A stretch of DNA of 33,415 nucleotides from an uncultured Candidatus Saccharibacteria bacterium (lineage in GTDB: Bacteria; Patescibacteriota; Minisyncoccia; Phycocordibacterales; UBA9988), in assembly GCA_964574105.1 (NCBI GenBank), contig CAZNKH010000004.1, positions 1 through 33,415 on the forward strand, given 5' to 3'. This document shows, piece by piece, positions 32,511-33,415 of this stretch (position 1 is the first letter of the stretch; each line of letters begins with the position of its first letter). Below the pieces are notes generated by a model that was given only the letters and a program-made list of their open reading frames with translations, ran no database searches and was not told where the DNA came from. Both the position numbers and the translations under genes were made by a program.

Positions 32511-33415
32511 ATGGATGTTACAAAACTAATACTCCTCCTCGCCGCAACGGGGCTCTCTGGTGTTCTACTCGGGTACATACTCCGCTGGTTGGTCACCTTG
32601 AGCCAAAAAGGGTCCATTGAGCTCACGATCAAGCAGACCTTACTGGATGCGAAGGCGGAGGCACAGCGTCGCATTGACGAAGCAGAGAAGGAGTCAGAAC
32701 GGCTCCTGAAAGAAGCAAAAGCTAAGGAGAGAGAAAAGGAGCAGGAGCTCAAGCGAAAGGAGGAGCATCTCATTAAAAAAGATGAGACCTTAGATAAACG
32801 GCAAGTTGATATTGATCGCGAGTTAGAAGGACTCAAGATAAAGATAGAAGAGATAAAAAGTATAAAAGAGCGTGCAGTTGTACTTGAAGCAGAGCGCGCA
32901 AAGAAGCTGGAGGAAGTTGCCGGTCTTTCACGAGAAGATGCCCGTGCGGAATTGATTCAAAATGTGGAGAGAGAATCTGAAGAGGATTTGACGGTACGCC
33001 TCCACAAATTAGACACGCAGGCAACCGACATTTTAGAGCGAAGAGCTAAGGATATTCTTGCAACCGTTATCCAACGCCTTGCAACAAGCTCCACGCCCGA
33101 GATTATGTCTACTACCGTAGGCATCCCCTCAGATGATGTGAAGGGAAAAATAATTGGGAAGGAAGGACGCAATATCCGCGCCTTTGAACGAGTAGCGGGA
33201 GTAGAACTGATTGTTGATGATACGCCGGGAGCTATCACCATCTCCTCATTTGATTCTGTACGGAGACATATTGCAAAAATTGCACTAGAAAATCTGATTG
33301 CAGACGGGCGTATTCAGCCAGCAAAGATTGAGGAAATGGTGGAGAAGGCAAAAGGTGAGGTAAATAAAATCATTAAAGAGCGTGGTGAAGCTGCGGCTTA
33401 CGAGACGGGGGTACT
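32511..33415 (+). CDS. rny: Ribonuclease Y, 5' partial (runs off the window end; absent from the ORF track)
   Basis: My own translation shows MDVTKLILLLAATGLSGVLLGYILRWLV (a TM helix), a long Glu/Lys coiled coil, and the KH motif GKIIGKEGRNIRAFE. The frame stays open to 33415. The antisense track ORFs here were rejected. Confidence 0.9.
   Translation, partial: MDVTKLILLLAATGLSGVLLGYILRWLVTLSQKGSIELTIKQTLLDAKAEAQRRIDEAEKESERLLKEAKAKEREKEQELKRKEEHLIKKDETLDKRQVDIDRELEGLKIKIEEIKSIKERAVVLEAERAKKLEEVAGLSREDARAELIQNVERESEEDLTVRLHKLDTQATDILERRAKDILATVIQRLATSSTPEIMSTTVGIPSDDVKGKIIGKEGRNIRAFERVAGVELIVDDTPGAITISSFDSVRRHIAKIALENLIADGRIQPAKIEEMVEKAKGEVNKIIKERGEAAAYETGV

Noticed and set aside
32489-33241. 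Three minus-strand track ORFs (32489..32836, 32833..33024, 32957..33241)
   Set aside because: They are antisense to an open plus-strand frame that translates into an unmistakable RNase Y N-terminus (TM helix, coiled coil, KH motif).
1-33415. CRISPR arrays, tRNA or rRNA genes, transposases, integrases, prophage or defence-system genes
   Set aside because: I scanned the intergenic gaps (5428-6016, 10798-11020, 12949-13033, 24414-24670, 26204-26425, 31573-31692, 32281-32510) for direct repeats and tRNA T-arm patterns, and the ORF translations for such families. None was found. A scan by eye can miss divergent elements.

Overview
This 33.4-kb segment is almost fully coding. By gene content it looks like a small-genome CPR/Patescibacteria (Parcubacteria-like) bacterium; that is an inference, as no search was possible. 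The genetic code is standard: TGA ends pgk at its expected C-terminus.

I can support 35 protein genes.
- Translation and transcription, minus strand: rpsL-rpsG-fusA, tuf-rpsJ-rplC-rplD-rplW-rplB, then unexpectedly secE-nusG-rplK.
- Also an M50 protease, rpmB, and comEC split into two ORFs.
- recJ-rnhA, a HIT protein, and tpiA-pgk.
- A type IV pilus block: pilB, pilC, two prepilin-like proteins (one of 608 aa) and a PilX-like protein.
- A stand-alone 510-aa secreted protein.
- nusA, an H+-pyrophosphatase, and two small secreted/membrane proteins.
- A trigger factor lacking its PPIase domain, clpP, and the 5' part of rny.

I saw no rRNA, tRNA, CRISPR array, transposase or integrase.

I cannot demonstrate a clear new multi-gene system. 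The best leads are:
1. An autonomous opposite-strand promoter-to-terminator unit of unknown product between fusA and tuf.
2. The pilus, giant pseudopilin and secreted tail-fibre-like protein neighbourhood.
3. Two families of repeated intergenic palindromes.
4. Promoter -10 boxes placed exactly 6 nt before start codons, which suggests leaderless, SD-less expression.
5. A shared 14-nt motif in the tuf and nusA leaders.
6. A break in the S10 operon after rplB.

All promoter, terminator and function calls come from reading the sequence and recalling family motifs. None is computed.
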